DNA of 52,313 nt from a virus (Duplodnaviria > Caudoviricetes). The stretch lies in the IMG/VR virus record IMGVR_UViG_3300028024_000013, positions 1-52,313 of that record, one strand, 5' to 3'. Below are positions 17,889 to 26,323 of this stretch, in pieces. The position numbers and the translations under genes are program-made. Every line of letters starts with the position of its first letter. Position 1 is the first letter of the stretch. Below the pieces are notes generated by a model. The model was given only the letters and a program-made list of their open reading frames with translations. It was not told the origin of the DNA and made no database searches.

Positions 17889-18065
17889 TTATCTCTTCGA
17901 CCCATTGCCGCCTGAGTGGCCCAAAGAACCCCCTACCCCCAAAGTGATATATACTTCGGAGCGGCGGTTCCTTGGCTCTTGCACACCTTCGGACCCGTTA
18001 CGGGATACCCCGGCCTTACTTTGAGTTCGCGCCGGGGTCACCCGACAACCCCCACGAACCGACAG
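17889..18065 (-). ncRNA. Candidate structured RNA / replication origin element with G5-TA-G5 tract
   Basis: Two long stems (17997-18049 and 17921-17975); the second needs several G-U pairs that form only on the minus strand; GGGGGTAGGGGG at 17929-17940. Confidence 0.5.
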
Positions 18066-18067
18066 AT

Positions 18068-18637
18068 TTAAGCGGCGTGTCGAGGCCGCTCGTCCCATGT
18101 GACGACCATCGCGTCGCGCAATGCGGCCAGTAATCGTTCTTCAGGGACACATACAGAAATCGTTTGATAACCGCGGTTCTCAGCTTTCGAGATGTAGAAC
18201 CCCTCGGTCTCTCGCTGGCCTAACTGGACCCATTCGCGATGGTGCTTCCGCCAAGCACGCCGAAGCGTCGTGAATGGCAGCAATAGGCAACGCTGCGTTG
18301 GCACGATCGCATACGCGATGAAATCGCAAGACAGATCTAGCGCGACCCACCCGGCCTTCTCGCCTTTTCCTTTTGGGTACGATCCGCGCCAGACAGACCA
18401 GAACTCAAGCAGCACATCGCCGTAGTCCTTGTGTCTAACCTTCTCGTCAACGGTAAGTGTCTTTCCGCTAGCAAGCGTTAGCACGCGGTCGATACCGCCA
18501 CGCTGCGCCCAGCCGTCTTGGCGGACGCTTGGCATGCTTATCAAATCGGGAAAGGCAGTTCGATATACATGCGGCCACCAAGGCGCATCTTCCTGCGCGC
18601 GTGATTTAGCTAGCGATTCTTGGAAATCATGCGGCAA
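18068..18637 (-). CDS. PD-(D/E)XK restriction-endonuclease-like nuclease
   Basis: QRGGIDRVL...TVDEKVR...DVLLE motif; probable TTG start overlapping the MTase stop. Confidence 0.6.
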   Translation of the reverse strand: MPHDFQESLAKSRAQEDAPWWPHVYRTAFPDLISMPSVRQDGWAQRGGIDRVLTLASGKTLTVDEKVRHKDYGDVLLEFWSVWRGSYPKGKGEKAGWVALDLSCDFIAYAIVPTQRCLLLPFTTLRRAWRKHHREWVQLGQRETEGFYISKAENRGYQTISVCVPEERLLAALRDAMVVTWDERPRHAA

Positions 18638-19793
18638 GCTGATTTCCCCAGCCATTCCAGCCTTCGCGTGGCGCGCGGGCGAATAACTCCACACGCGGCA
18701 GTGTCGGATACATGGATTCGATGAATTCGTAGAACGCCACTGGCTTCGCGCTGTGCGCTTCTCGTGGCGATTCGTATACCGAGCGCGGCCTATCTCCAGG
18801 CGCTGGCGCCGGCATGCTTCCGCGCGTCGCGATCAGTAGCAGCTCGTGCTGCTGCCGGAAGTAGTAACCCATACCGAGTTGCGGCTTCACCCACACGGCG
18901 CTGGAGCGATAGATAAAGCCCCATGAAGTCAGCACGCGCATGGCCTCGGCAAGCTTCGGGCTCGTTGCCCACATGAACAGGATGGCGTCGTCTGTAGCGA
19001 GCGCTGATACGTTAAGCGCGCAGATCGAATCGAGGTCCATAGTCGGGTACTGGTTCTCGATCGCGCGACTCTCGGACTCTGCGAACTCATAGCGCCACGG
19101 AGGATCGGCGTAGAGCACTGGATAGCGTCCGGTAGGCAACTCGGGGGTCGGCTGCGCCATGGCGGCGACAGTCGCGAGCCGTTCACCGCGCCTGATTTCT
19201 TGGCGGCCTGCTCGTATCTGCTTGGCAGCTTCGAGAATTTCCTTTTCGCCGCGCGCGACAATCTCACGCTGCTGTGACTTCGGCAGTTCGGCAACATCCG
19301 CCGCAGCTGAGACACTCACGAATCCTGACTCGACGGCACTCACGAGTTCCGGTGCCCCCGACGAGCGCACCTTCGCAGCGTGCGTGACGGTCCGCTCGGA
19401 AACGCTCAACAGTTCCGCCGCCTCAGCCTGAGAAGTCCGCAAATTTGCGGACTTATCTTCTGGCCGGTGAGCCGGCATATTCGCGAGATTCGCAGCCACC
19501 ATTGCCCGCTGCGATTCGGTAAGATGCCGACGGTGGAGATTGAGCGAGATCACGAATGCGCGCGGATCATCCCCCTCATACTCGCGCATCGGCCTATGAC
19601 TGACGCCAGTCGCTTCGCATGCTCGCCATCGATTCCGCCCGTCTAGAATCTCACCCTGATACGTCCATATCGGTTCGCGCAGTCCGTTTGCTTTCACGTC
19701 CGCGACGAACTCGTCGAACTCACGGCCCTGCATGAGCGGAAACAACTCAGATAGCGGATGGAACTTCAAGAATGCCTCACCAATGTCCGCCAA
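18627..19793 (-). CDS. ParB-like N-terminal domain + HTH + MT-A70 family N6-adenine methyltransferase
   Basis: GLREPI...ILDGRNRWRAC...NLHRRHL (ParB); YADPPW, LFMWAT, HELLLIA, HSAKP, ELFAR...GW..WGNQ (MT-A70). Confidence 0.9.
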   Translation of the reverse strand: MADIGEAFLKFHPLSELFPLMQGREFDEFVADVKANGLREPIWTYQGEILDGRNRWRACEATGVSHRPMREYEGDDPRAFVISLNLHRRHLTESQRAMVAANLANMPAHRPEDKSANLRTSQAEAAELLSVSERTVTHAAKVRSSGAPELVSAVESGFVSVSAAADVAELPKSQQREIVARGEKEILEAAKQIRAGRQEIRRGERLATVAAMAQPTPELPTGRYPVLYADPPWRYEFAESESRAIENQYPTMDLDSICALNVSALATDDAILFMWATSPKLAEAMRVLTSWGFIYRSSAVWVKPQLGMGYYFRQQHELLLIATRGSMPAPAPGDRPRSVYESPREAHSAKPVAFYEFIESMYPTLPRVELFARAPREGWNGWGNQLAA

Positions 19794-19975
19794 TAGATAT
19801 CGTCTACGCCCGCAACGATGGCCGGCTTAGGAGGCAGTTCGAGCGGTGCCTCGAAATGACACTGCATGCACGTAAACTTGTGGTGCCGGTCTGAGTAGCA
19901 GACTTCGATGGGTTCGCCGCCAATGCGCGTGCTGCGCTTGCAGATTTCGCAGGGCCGATTGAAACCGGCCATCAC
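19766..19975 (-). CDS. Small Zn-finger hypothetical protein
   Basis: CEIC...CMQC. Confidence 0.5.
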   Translation of the reverse strand: MMAGFNRPCEICKRSTRIGGEPIEVCYSDRHHKFTCMQCHFEAPLELPPKPAIVAGVDDIYWRTLVRHS

Positions 19976-20309
19976 TTGATTTCCGAAGGGAACAGCCCGC
20001 CCACCACCGGGGAGGCGATGTGTGGGATCTGATGTGGGTCAGATACGGTCGGGCTAATTCGATCGATGAGCCGCTGAGATATTTCAGCCGGTACGCGCAG
20101 ATATATCTTTTCGGCCTTCATTTGCTGCAACGGGACATCCCGTACGGTCTGCCGGCTGTTCCTAAAAGAGAACAACCGCGGCAAGAAAGTGGGAGTAATC
20201 TCCGGATCGCGGGGCTCAGAACAAAGACCAAAGGCCCAAATCAGAGGATTACGTCCAAATGAGCACACGGATCGTTCGCCCTCGCAGATACTCAAGACAG
20301 AACAAGAAC

Positions 20310-20504
20310 TCAGGCTGCGTAGTTCGACAGCAGCTTGTCCGCAGAGAGCCCTGTTACCTTGGTGATGCGCTTCAGAGTTTCCACAGACGGCAGGTGCCGC
20401 CCGTTCTCGATATCGCAGTACGTCGGCTGGCTGATGGAAAGACGTCGGGCAAGTTCTGCCTGCGTCAGCTTCGCGCGAGCGCGGTAGGACTTCAGGGCGA
20501 TCAT
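20310..20504 (-). CDS. cro: Cro-like XRE HTH regulator
   Basis: LTQAELARRLSISQPTYCDIENGRHLPS; divergent from the repressor. Confidence 0.8.
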   Translation of the reverse strand: MIALKSYRARAKLTQAELARRLSISQPTYCDIENGRHLPSVETLKRITKVTGLSADKLLSNYAA

Positions 20505-20519
20505 ATGGCTGTCGACTCT

Positions 20520-20558
20520 ATCGGAATCACCTATTCAAATGCAATAGGTCACTTCGAT
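20520..20558. promoter_or_regulatory. Right operator pair (OR) overlapping the cro promoter
   Basis: ATCGGAATCACCTAT (20520-34) and ATAGGTCACTTCGAT (20544-58); minus-strand TTGCAT-18-TAGAGT. Confidence 0.7.
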
Positions 20559-20582
20559 TCGGCCTTCCAGCATGCTTTAGGC

Positions 20583-20918
20583 ATGCCCAAACCACTGCGT
20601 TCCGTCTACGAGAGAGCCATGGAGGCGCTCGCGGAACGGCACCCCGGCCAGAAACCCACACAGGGACGGCTGGCGGCCATTGCCGGCGTGAAGCAGCCCT
20701 CGGTCAACGACTGGAAGGACGGCTATCCCGCCATGGATACGGCGGTCCGCCTGGCTACCGGTCTGGGGGTTTGTGTGGAGTGGCTGCTGACCGAACGCGG
20801 TCCGAAACACCCTCCCGCGGCCGACAATTCCGTGCTCGCCCTGCTCCTGAGTCAGCTCGATAACCGTCAAAAAGCCCGTCTCGCGCGCCTCGCGGAAGTC
20901 CTTAAAGACACTGAATAA
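20583..20918 (+). CDS. cI: CI-like repressor (HTH only, no S24 peptidase domain)
   Basis: TQGRLAAIAGVKQPSVNDW...LATGLGVCVEWLLTERGP; flanked by operators; 111 aa. Confidence 0.75.
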   Translation: MPKPLRSVYERAMEALAERHPGQKPTQGRLAAIAGVKQPSVNDWKDGYPAMDTAVRLATGLGVCVEWLLTERGPKHPPAADNSVLALLLSQLDNRQKARLARLAEVLKDTE

Positions 20919-20959
20919 TCCATACCCGACGTGGACGGCTTGTCACTTCGAGAAAAATA

Positions 20960-21002
20960 ATCGGTTTTGCCTATTGCTTTACTGATAGGCGCGGCCTATA
21001 GT
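20960..21002 (+). promoter_or_regulatory. Left operator pair (OL) and early promoter PL
   Basis: ATCGGTTTTGCCTAT (20960-74) and ATAGGCGCGGCCTAT (20985-99); TTGCTT-17-TATAGT. Confidence 0.8.
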
Positions 21003-21039
21003 TCTCTCACGCTCCACTACCGGAGCGGGGAGAGCCGGG

Positions 21040-21189
21040 ATGTCACAGCGAGTAGAACGAGCGTTGCTACTGGCGGTTCTGCTGGGTGCGGCGGCGCTAT
21101 GGATGGCGTTATGGACCCTGTGCGGCCATGAACGCTCGCAGCCGCCCTCGACCTCGTACCTGCCGGCTCAGACGGAGGGCGCGCGATGA
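21040..21189 (+). CDS. 49-aa single-TM protein, first gene of the PL operon (not in ORF track)
   Basis: MSQRVERALLLAVLLGAAALWMALWTLCG...; GGAG RBS; ATGA overlap with the next gene. Confidence 0.55.
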   Translation: MSQRVERALLLAVLLGAAALWMALWTLCGHERSQPPSTSYLPAQTEGAR

Positions 21190-21800
21190 GCACGCTTTCC
21201 GGACAGAGCAATACCGCCTCGCTGAATGTTCTCGTGGCCTGCGAGTTCAGCGGTACGGTTCGCGAAGCCTTCCGCGCGCTCGGCCACAACGCGTGGTCCT
21301 GTGACCTGCTCCCGAGCGAGATTCCCGGCCCGCACTTCCACTGCGATGTGCGAACCGTGCTCGCCACCAGTTCGTGGGACCTGCTAGTGGCTCACCCGCC
21401 CTGCACTCATCTCGCCGTGAGTGGTGCGCGCTGGTTCAAGGGCAAGGAGCGCGAGCAGGCTGAGGCGCTCGAGTTCGTACGCGAGCTGATGAACGCGCCC
21501 ATCGAGCGCATCGCCATCGAGAACCCGGTGAGCGTCATCAGCTCACGCATTCGCAAGCCTGATCAGATCGTTCAGCCCTTCCACTTTGGCGACCCGTACC
21601 GCAAGACGACGTGCCTGTGGCTGAAGAACCTGCCGCAGCTCGATCGTACCAGCGGCATGATGACCGGCGACCAGAAGTGCTGGAAGGAACCGCCCTCGCC
21701 TGATCGCTGGAAGATTCGCTCGCGCACGTATCCCGGCTTCGCTGCAGCAATGGCGTTGCAGTGGGGTGGTGATGCTCGCCAGGCGCAGGAGGCTGCATGA
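21186..21800 (+). CDS. Phage DNA cytosine methyltransferase-like protein
   Basis: VLVACEFSG (motif I variant), AHPPC (IV), IENP (VI), KTTCLW. Confidence 0.75.
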   Translation: MSTLSGQSNTASLNVLVACEFSGTVREAFRALGHNAWSCDLLPSEIPGPHFHCDVRTVLATSSWDLLVAHPPCTHLAVSGARWFKGKEREQAEALEFVRELMNAPIERIAIENPVSVISSRIRKPDQIVQPFHFGDPYRKTTCLWLKNLPQLDRTSGMMTGDQKCWKEPPSPDRWKIRSRTYPGFAAAMALQWGGDARQAQEAA

Positions 21801-22178
21801 ACAGCTCACACACCGTGAGTGCGTCGCCGTGGCGTCACGCAATCAATCGTGATGAAACCCGCTACCTGATCATCGATGCGGCCAAACGCTCGATAGCCGG
21901 AGGTCGACTGGCATTCGAGCAACCCAAAATACTTTCCGCTCAGGCCAGAAGCGGAGGCCAACGCGCGTCTGATAGCGGCGGCTCCCGAGTTGCTCGAAGC
22001 GCTGCAGGTCTACGTAGCCTACGACGAATACGTCAACGGTCCCGAAGGCGATCCAGAGACGAATCGGCTCCAGAAAGCGAAGGCCGCAATCGCCAGCGCG
22101 CTGGGTCACAAGTCGGATGAACAGCGCTGCACCTTCCCGGACTGCTCGCACAAAGACGTCACGGAGTGTGGCAAGTGA
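21797..22178 (+). pseudogene. Frameshifted phage early gene (ANARLIAAAPELLEAL family)
   Basis: N-terminus SPWRH...RSIA continues in another frame as EVDWH...EANARLIAAAPELLEAL if one base near 21899 is removed. Confidence 0.6.
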
Positions 22179-22351
22179 AGATCGTCACCGCGCACTTCCT
22201 GCCGCCGATCCCGCTGCATATCGCGCGCAACTACCAGTGGACGGCCACGCTGGACAACTACGAGCCCGGCCACCCTATCGGCTTTGGCTGCTCGGAACAG
22301 GAAGCCATCGACGACCTGAAGGAACTGCTCTTGGAGACGGCTGATGAATAA
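22175..22351 (+). CDS. Hypothetical protein
   Basis: PPIP...WTATLDNYEPG.PIGFG.SEQEAIDDL; coupled ORF. Confidence 0.6.
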   Translation: MKIVTAHFLPPIPLHIARNYQWTATLDNYEPGHPIGFGCSEQEAIDDLKELLLETADE

Positions 22352-22700
22352 GCCCACTGAGTTCGCGTATCGCGCCGTTCTTCGGGACCTCGCGCACAAC
22401 GAGCCGCGCCACGGTTACGAGAGCTACGCCGACTTCGACCTCACGACCGAGCAGACCGCAACCGTCGTCAGGCACTTCCCTGAGATCGTAGGCGAGGCGC
22501 TCGCCGACCTCCCCATGCAGTTCGCCCTGGTACTCGAATCGCCAACTGCAGAGGCGTGCACGCTGTTCTGCTCGCTGCTGAACGAGCAATGCAGGCACGA
22601 GGCGAAGAAATACATCCTGAGCGACCTGCAGACCGAATGCGAAGAGAAGCGCAGGGACGCCCAGCTCGAAGACTTCCATAACAGACGGGGTGTTTTATGA
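22344..22700 (+). CDS. Hypothetical protein
   Basis: 118 aa, coupled ORF. Confidence 0.55.
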   Translation: MNKPTEFAYRAVLRDLAHNEPRHGYESYADFDLTTEQTATVVRHFPEIVGEALADLPMQFALVLESPTAEACTLFCSLLNEQCRHEAKKYILSDLQTECEEKRRDAQLEDFHNRRGVL

Positions 22701-22882
22701 CCGCCAGAGTATTCCCGATTTCCAAGCTTCTTGGCATGCGTCAGGACAACTACGCGCAGTCCGAGATCAACCGCATCGACAACAAGATCGCGGCGAACGA
22801 GCGAACAATCGGCGAGCTCGCTCACGCGAACTGGCTGCTGCGGCTCGAACGCACGCAGTACGAGGAAGACCTCCGTGGCTGA
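22697..22882 (+). CDS. Hypothetical coiled-coil protein
   Basis: 61 aa, ATGA overlap. Confidence 0.5.
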   Translation: MTARVFPISKLLGMRQDNYAQSEINRIDNKIAANERTIGELAHANWLLRLERTQYEEDLRG

Positions 22883-23132
22883 GATGCGTTCTGACGATCC
22901 GGTGAATGGCTACCAGATCGAGGACGGCATCCCGCCGCCTAGCGCGCGAGGCAAAGCCAACGGCATTACTAACGTGATCCGTAAATTGCAGATTGGGCAA
23001 AGTGTGCTCTTTTCGCAATACAAGCACTCGAATCAGGTCAGCACACTCCGTCGCACAGTCGAGAAGGAAACCGGCTGTAAGACCATCGCCAGAAAGGTCG
23101 ATGGCGGCGTGCGAATCTGGAGGCTTTCATGA
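22875..23132 (+). CDS. Small putative DNA-binding protein
   Basis: IEDGIPPP...LQIGQSVLF...RKVDGGVRIWR, a common small phage family. Confidence 0.6.
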   Translation: MAEMRSDDPVNGYQIEDGIPPPSARGKANGITNVIRKLQIGQSVLFSQYKHSNQVSTLRRTVEKETGCKTIARKVDGGVRIWRLS

Positions 23133-23350
23133 CCAATGACCAGCGCCTCGCGCAGTTGAAAGGGCTTTTGACCCCGGTCGAGTGGGAATACCTAAAGGAC
23201 TGGCACAAGAACGCGCAGCTGTGGTGCGACCAGACCGATGATTTCATTGGCGCACGGATGCACCGCGATCGATTCAGAGAGATGGACGGATACGACAAGA
23301 AGGTTCGTGACGCGCTGTCCGCACTAGATCGCCTCGGAGAGAAGTCATGA
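23129..23350 (+). CDS. Hypothetical protein
   Basis: 73 aa, coupled ORF. Confidence 0.5.
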   Translation: MTNDQRLAQLKGLLTPVEWEYLKDWHKNAQLWCDQTDDFIGARMHRDRFREMDGYDKKVRDALSALDRLGEKS

Positions 23351-23718
23351 GCATGCAGGCAAACCAGAACGTCGGCCACGGGCACGTATTCCCGCGCCCT
23401 GACGGTGTGAAGGCGCGCTGCGGTGGCCCGGTCATTTGCGCCGAGTGCGCTCGTGACGCTGCACGCAAGGCGGTACAAGACAGCGGCGAGCTTCTGGCTG
23501 CTGTCGAGCTGCCGCCGGGCAACAAAGATGAGCCGCCCATCACATTCGAGGCGCTGAGCTATGCGCTCTTCAGTCTCGACGACAACGCCGTACTCACGAC
23601 CGCGCACGGCAATCTCGCGATCTTCAGCACGAAGGGCATGGCGGAACTCTGGGCGAAGTCATCGAAGCGACGCATTCGCGTGGTTCCCGTGCAGGTAACT
23701 CCGAGGACCGAGCAATGA
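23347..23718 (+). CDS. Hypothetical protein (GHGHVFPRPDGVKARCGGP..C.EC motif)
   Basis: Recurrent phage Zn-binding N-terminal motif. Confidence 0.6.
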   Translation: MSMQANQNVGHGHVFPRPDGVKARCGGPVICAECARDAARKAVQDSGELLAAVELPPGNKDEPPITFEALSYALFSLDDNAVLTTAHGNLAIFSTKGMAELWAKSSKRRIRVVPVQVTPRTEQ

Positions 23719-24179
23719 GCGATGTTCCGTTCACCTCAAAGAATGACCTCACTCTGGTGAGTGGCCTCACGAAGCTGGGGAATGGCGAAGGCAAGTCGTG
23801 GGTGACGCTGACCGAGGCCGAGGCGGCAGCAGTGTGCGCTGAACTGTCCAAGCTTCACTCCGAACACCTCGAAGATATCGAGCGCATGGACCGGGCGGCG
23901 ACCGCGATGGAAGCCTACCAAGCTGAGATCAAGCGATTAAGTGCTGTCGAGACGAGAGCAACTCCAGAGCGGCTGAACATCACCGTGAGCGGACAGCCTG
24001 ATTTCAGCGGCATCGAGCATCCGGAATGCTGGACCGGTCTGAGCGTCAATGGACACGAGCACGCCATTCTGGTCGTCACACGCATGGAAGACGGCACGGA
24101 GGTCAAGCATGCGCCGGCAGTGATCGCGCTGCTCACAGGATTTCCGGAGAAAACATCCGGTTCCGGAGCGCCGACATGA
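23715..24179 (+). CDS. Hypothetical protein
   Basis: 154 aa, coupled ORF. Confidence 0.55.
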   Translation: MSDVPFTSKNDLTLVSGLTKLGNGEGKSWVTLTEAEAAAVCAELSKLHSEHLEDIERMDRAATAMEAYQAEIKRLSAVETRATPERLNITVSGQPDFSGIEHPECWTGLSVNGHEHAILVVTRMEDGTEVKHAPAVIALLTGFPEKTSGSGAPT

Positions 24180-24358
24180 CTCACCTGTCATGGCAAGCCG
24201 GCGCCCTGCTGTTCTGCGGCCTCTTCCTGCTATGGGTCGTGACATTCCTGATCCTCAACGAACTCGACAAGCGCAAGCCTTTGCCGAAGACGCCGAAGGA
24301 CGAGCGTATGTGGTCGATCAATTACATGACGGACTTCAAAAGGTGGACTGAGCGATGA
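24176..24358 (+). CDS. Small membrane protein
   Basis: AGALLFCGLFLLWVVTFLIL TM segment; ATGA overlaps on both sides. Confidence 0.55.
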   Translation: MTHLSWQAGALLFCGLFLLWVVTFLILNELDKRKPLPKTPKDERMWSINYMTDFKRWTER

Positions 24359-25251
24359 ACGCGGTTGTCGAACACAAAGACCTGCCCGCCCCCGTCGCCC
24401 GTCGAGGCATCGACGAGGCAGCCTGGCGGACGGCAATGAACAGCCTGTTCCCCGGGGCGAAGGCCGAATCGGTGCTGATGGTCTTCGACTACTGCAAGGC
24501 GCGGAAGCTCGATCCGCTCAAGAAGCCGTGCCACATCGTGCCGATGAGCGTGAAGATCGGCGGCGAGTACGTGACGCGTGACGTAGTGATGCCGGGCATC
24601 TACGAGTACCGCACGACGGCGATGCGCACCGGGCAGTACATGGGCCACTCGAAGCCCGAGTACGGCCCCGAGATCGAGTTCCTTGGCGTGAAGGCGCCTG
24701 AGTGGTGCGCGCTGACCGTGTACCGCTGGAACGCCGCATCCGCGAGCCGTACTGAGTTCCCTGTGATGGTCTACTTCTCGGAGTGCGTCGCAACGAAGAA
24801 GGACTACAAGACCAAGGAAGTCACGATCAACGAGCGCTGGACCAAGGCGCCGCGCCAGATGCTGACGAAGTGCACCGAGGCGGCTGGCCTTCGAGAAGCC
24901 TTCCCAGACGAACTGGGCGGCGAGCACACGGCCGAAGAGATGGACGGCCAGTTTTCGCAAACCGAGGAAGTGAGCATAACGCCAAAGGGCGACGTCAATC
25001 CTCGAGGTGACCTGTCCGGCGTCGACTGGGAGCTGCGCGACAAGGCGGTGTCCGAGATCGTGGACATCCTGAACTGCGACAAGGAAGAGCACGAGATTGC
25101 AGCGATGCTGCGCGAGTTCGAAGCGACCCGGTTGATGCCTTTCCACGAGCTCTACATCACGGTGCTCGACAAGCTGGCGGGTGACGGAATCATCTCAAAG
25201 GCGAAGTTCAAGGAGTACCTGAAGATTCACCAGAGGCCCGAGGGTCGCTGA
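24355..25251 (+). CDS. bet: Single-strand annealing recombinase (Bet/RecT family)
   Basis: YCKARKLDPLKKPCHIVP...GIYEYRTTAMRTGQYMG...WTKAPRQMLTKCTEAAGLREAFP. Confidence 0.9.
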   Translation: MNAVVEHKDLPAPVARRGIDEAAWRTAMNSLFPGAKAESVLMVFDYCKARKLDPLKKPCHIVPMSVKIGGEYVTRDVVMPGIYEYRTTAMRTGQYMGHSKPEYGPEIEFLGVKAPEWCALTVYRWNAASASRTEFPVMVYFSECVATKKDYKTKEVTINERWTKAPRQMLTKCTEAAGLREAFPDELGGEHTAEEMDGQFSQTEEVSITPKGDVNPRGDLSGVDWELRDKAVSEIVDILNCDKEEHEIAAMLREFEATRLMPFHELYITVLDKLAGDGIISKAKFKEYLKIHQRPEGR

Positions 25252-25252
25252 C

Positions 25253-25669
25253 ATGAAACTCTGGCTCGCCAAGGTGCGGCGCGACGACAAGATCGGGCTC
25301 ATCCCCACTGACGACTTGTCGCGCGCCGTCCTTGGCAGGATGGGCGATGGTGAGTGCTGCCAGGTCGAGATCGTCCGGCCGCGGTCGGTCCAGTGGCACC
25401 GGATGTACTTCGGGATCTGCCGCGAGATCGGCAAGAACCAAGACCCCGAGGTAGACGAAAGCACCATAGACCATCGCCTGCGCGTGCTGGCCGGTCACTA
25501 CGACACGATCTGGGTCGATGGCTTCGAAGTGCGCATCCCCAAGCGCATCGCCTTCCACAAGCTCTCTGGCGACCAATGGGCTGAGTTGTGGCCGTCGCTC
25601 GAGCTGGCGATCAACGAGCACTACGGGGAGGGCTACGTTGAGCAAGCTCACAAAACAGGCACGTGGTGA
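25253..25669 (+). CDS. DUF1367-like protein
   Basis: RPRSVQWHRMYF...AGHYD...IPKRIAF. Confidence 0.7.
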   Translation: MKLWLAKVRRDDKIGLIPTDDLSRAVLGRMGDGECCQVEIVRPRSVQWHRMYFGICREIGKNQDPEVDESTIDHRLRVLAGHYDTIWVDGFEVRIPKRIAFHKLSGDQWAELWPSLELAINEHYGEGYVEQAHKTGTW

Positions 25670-25964
25670 GGATTGTCAGGTGCGCCAGCCGCTCATCTGC
25701 AACCACGACCGCGAGACCACCGTGTGCGCTCACGTGCGCATGATTGGTTACAGCGGCATGGGCATGAAGGCGAACGATTGGTTCACGGCCTTTGCGTGCT
25801 CGGCGTGCCACGACTGGATCGATGGCCGATCTCCGTCAATAGATAGCTACGAGACGCGGAGACTTGCGCACCTTGAAGCAGTGCTGCGCACCCAGGCAAT
25901 TCGCCTGCAACGACAGCATCTTCTGTCCGAAGCACTTGTTGTACAGAACACGGAGAACACATGA
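25638..25964 (+). CDS. DUF1364/YbcO-like putative nuclease
   Basis: ARGEDCQVR...CNHDRETTVCAH...GMGMK..D..AFACSACHDWID; TTG start at 25638. Confidence 0.8.
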   Translation: MSKLTKQARGEDCQVRQPLICNHDRETTVCAHVRMIGYSGMGMKANDWFTAFACSACHDWIDGRSPSIDSYETRRLAHLEAVLRTQAIRLQRQHLLSEALVVQNTENT

Positions 25965-26275
25965 CTTTTCCAGCTATCCCAAAGACGTGCAGTCCGCAGC
26001 AGGCGAAGTTCCTGCGTGACCGGCTGAGCAACACGCGAGCGCCATACGTGCGCGGCACGTGGCGCAACCGAGACAAGGAGCCGAAGGAGATTCGCTCGGC
26101 TCGCAAGCTCATAGAGCGCTGGGAGATAGCCGAACGCAAGAAGGATAACGCCAACGTGCGCCGATTTACGGAGGCCGAAGAGACCGCTCGCAAGGCGATT
26201 CTGTTCAAGCCGCCTGAGATCGCCCTCGCGGCTGTCGAGGCTTACGAAAAGCTCTGCCGGGACGCGAAGGCTTAG
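25961..26275 (+). CDS. Hypothetical protein
   Basis: 104 aa, ATGA overlap. Confidence 0.55.
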   Translation: MTFPAIPKTCSPQQAKFLRDRLSNTRAPYVRGTWRNRDKEPKEIRSARKLIERWEIAERKKDNANVRRFTEAEETARKAILFKPPEIALAAVEAYEKLCRDAKA

Positions 26276-26323
26276 ACCTGCCGTCATGACCTCCGGAAAG
26301 CCTATAAACCAAGGAGAAGGAAG

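Noticed and set aside
19972-20295. 107-aa minus-strand ORF in the cII position
   Set aside because: No HTH or CII-like features and a weak start; cannot support a call.
20020-20582. 80-aa + strand ORF whose stop overlaps a 219-aa N-terminally extended cI reading frame running antisense through cro
   Set aside because: The extension crosses cro and the operators and has no recognisable motifs; open antisense frames are common at high GC. The repressor domain starts at 20583.
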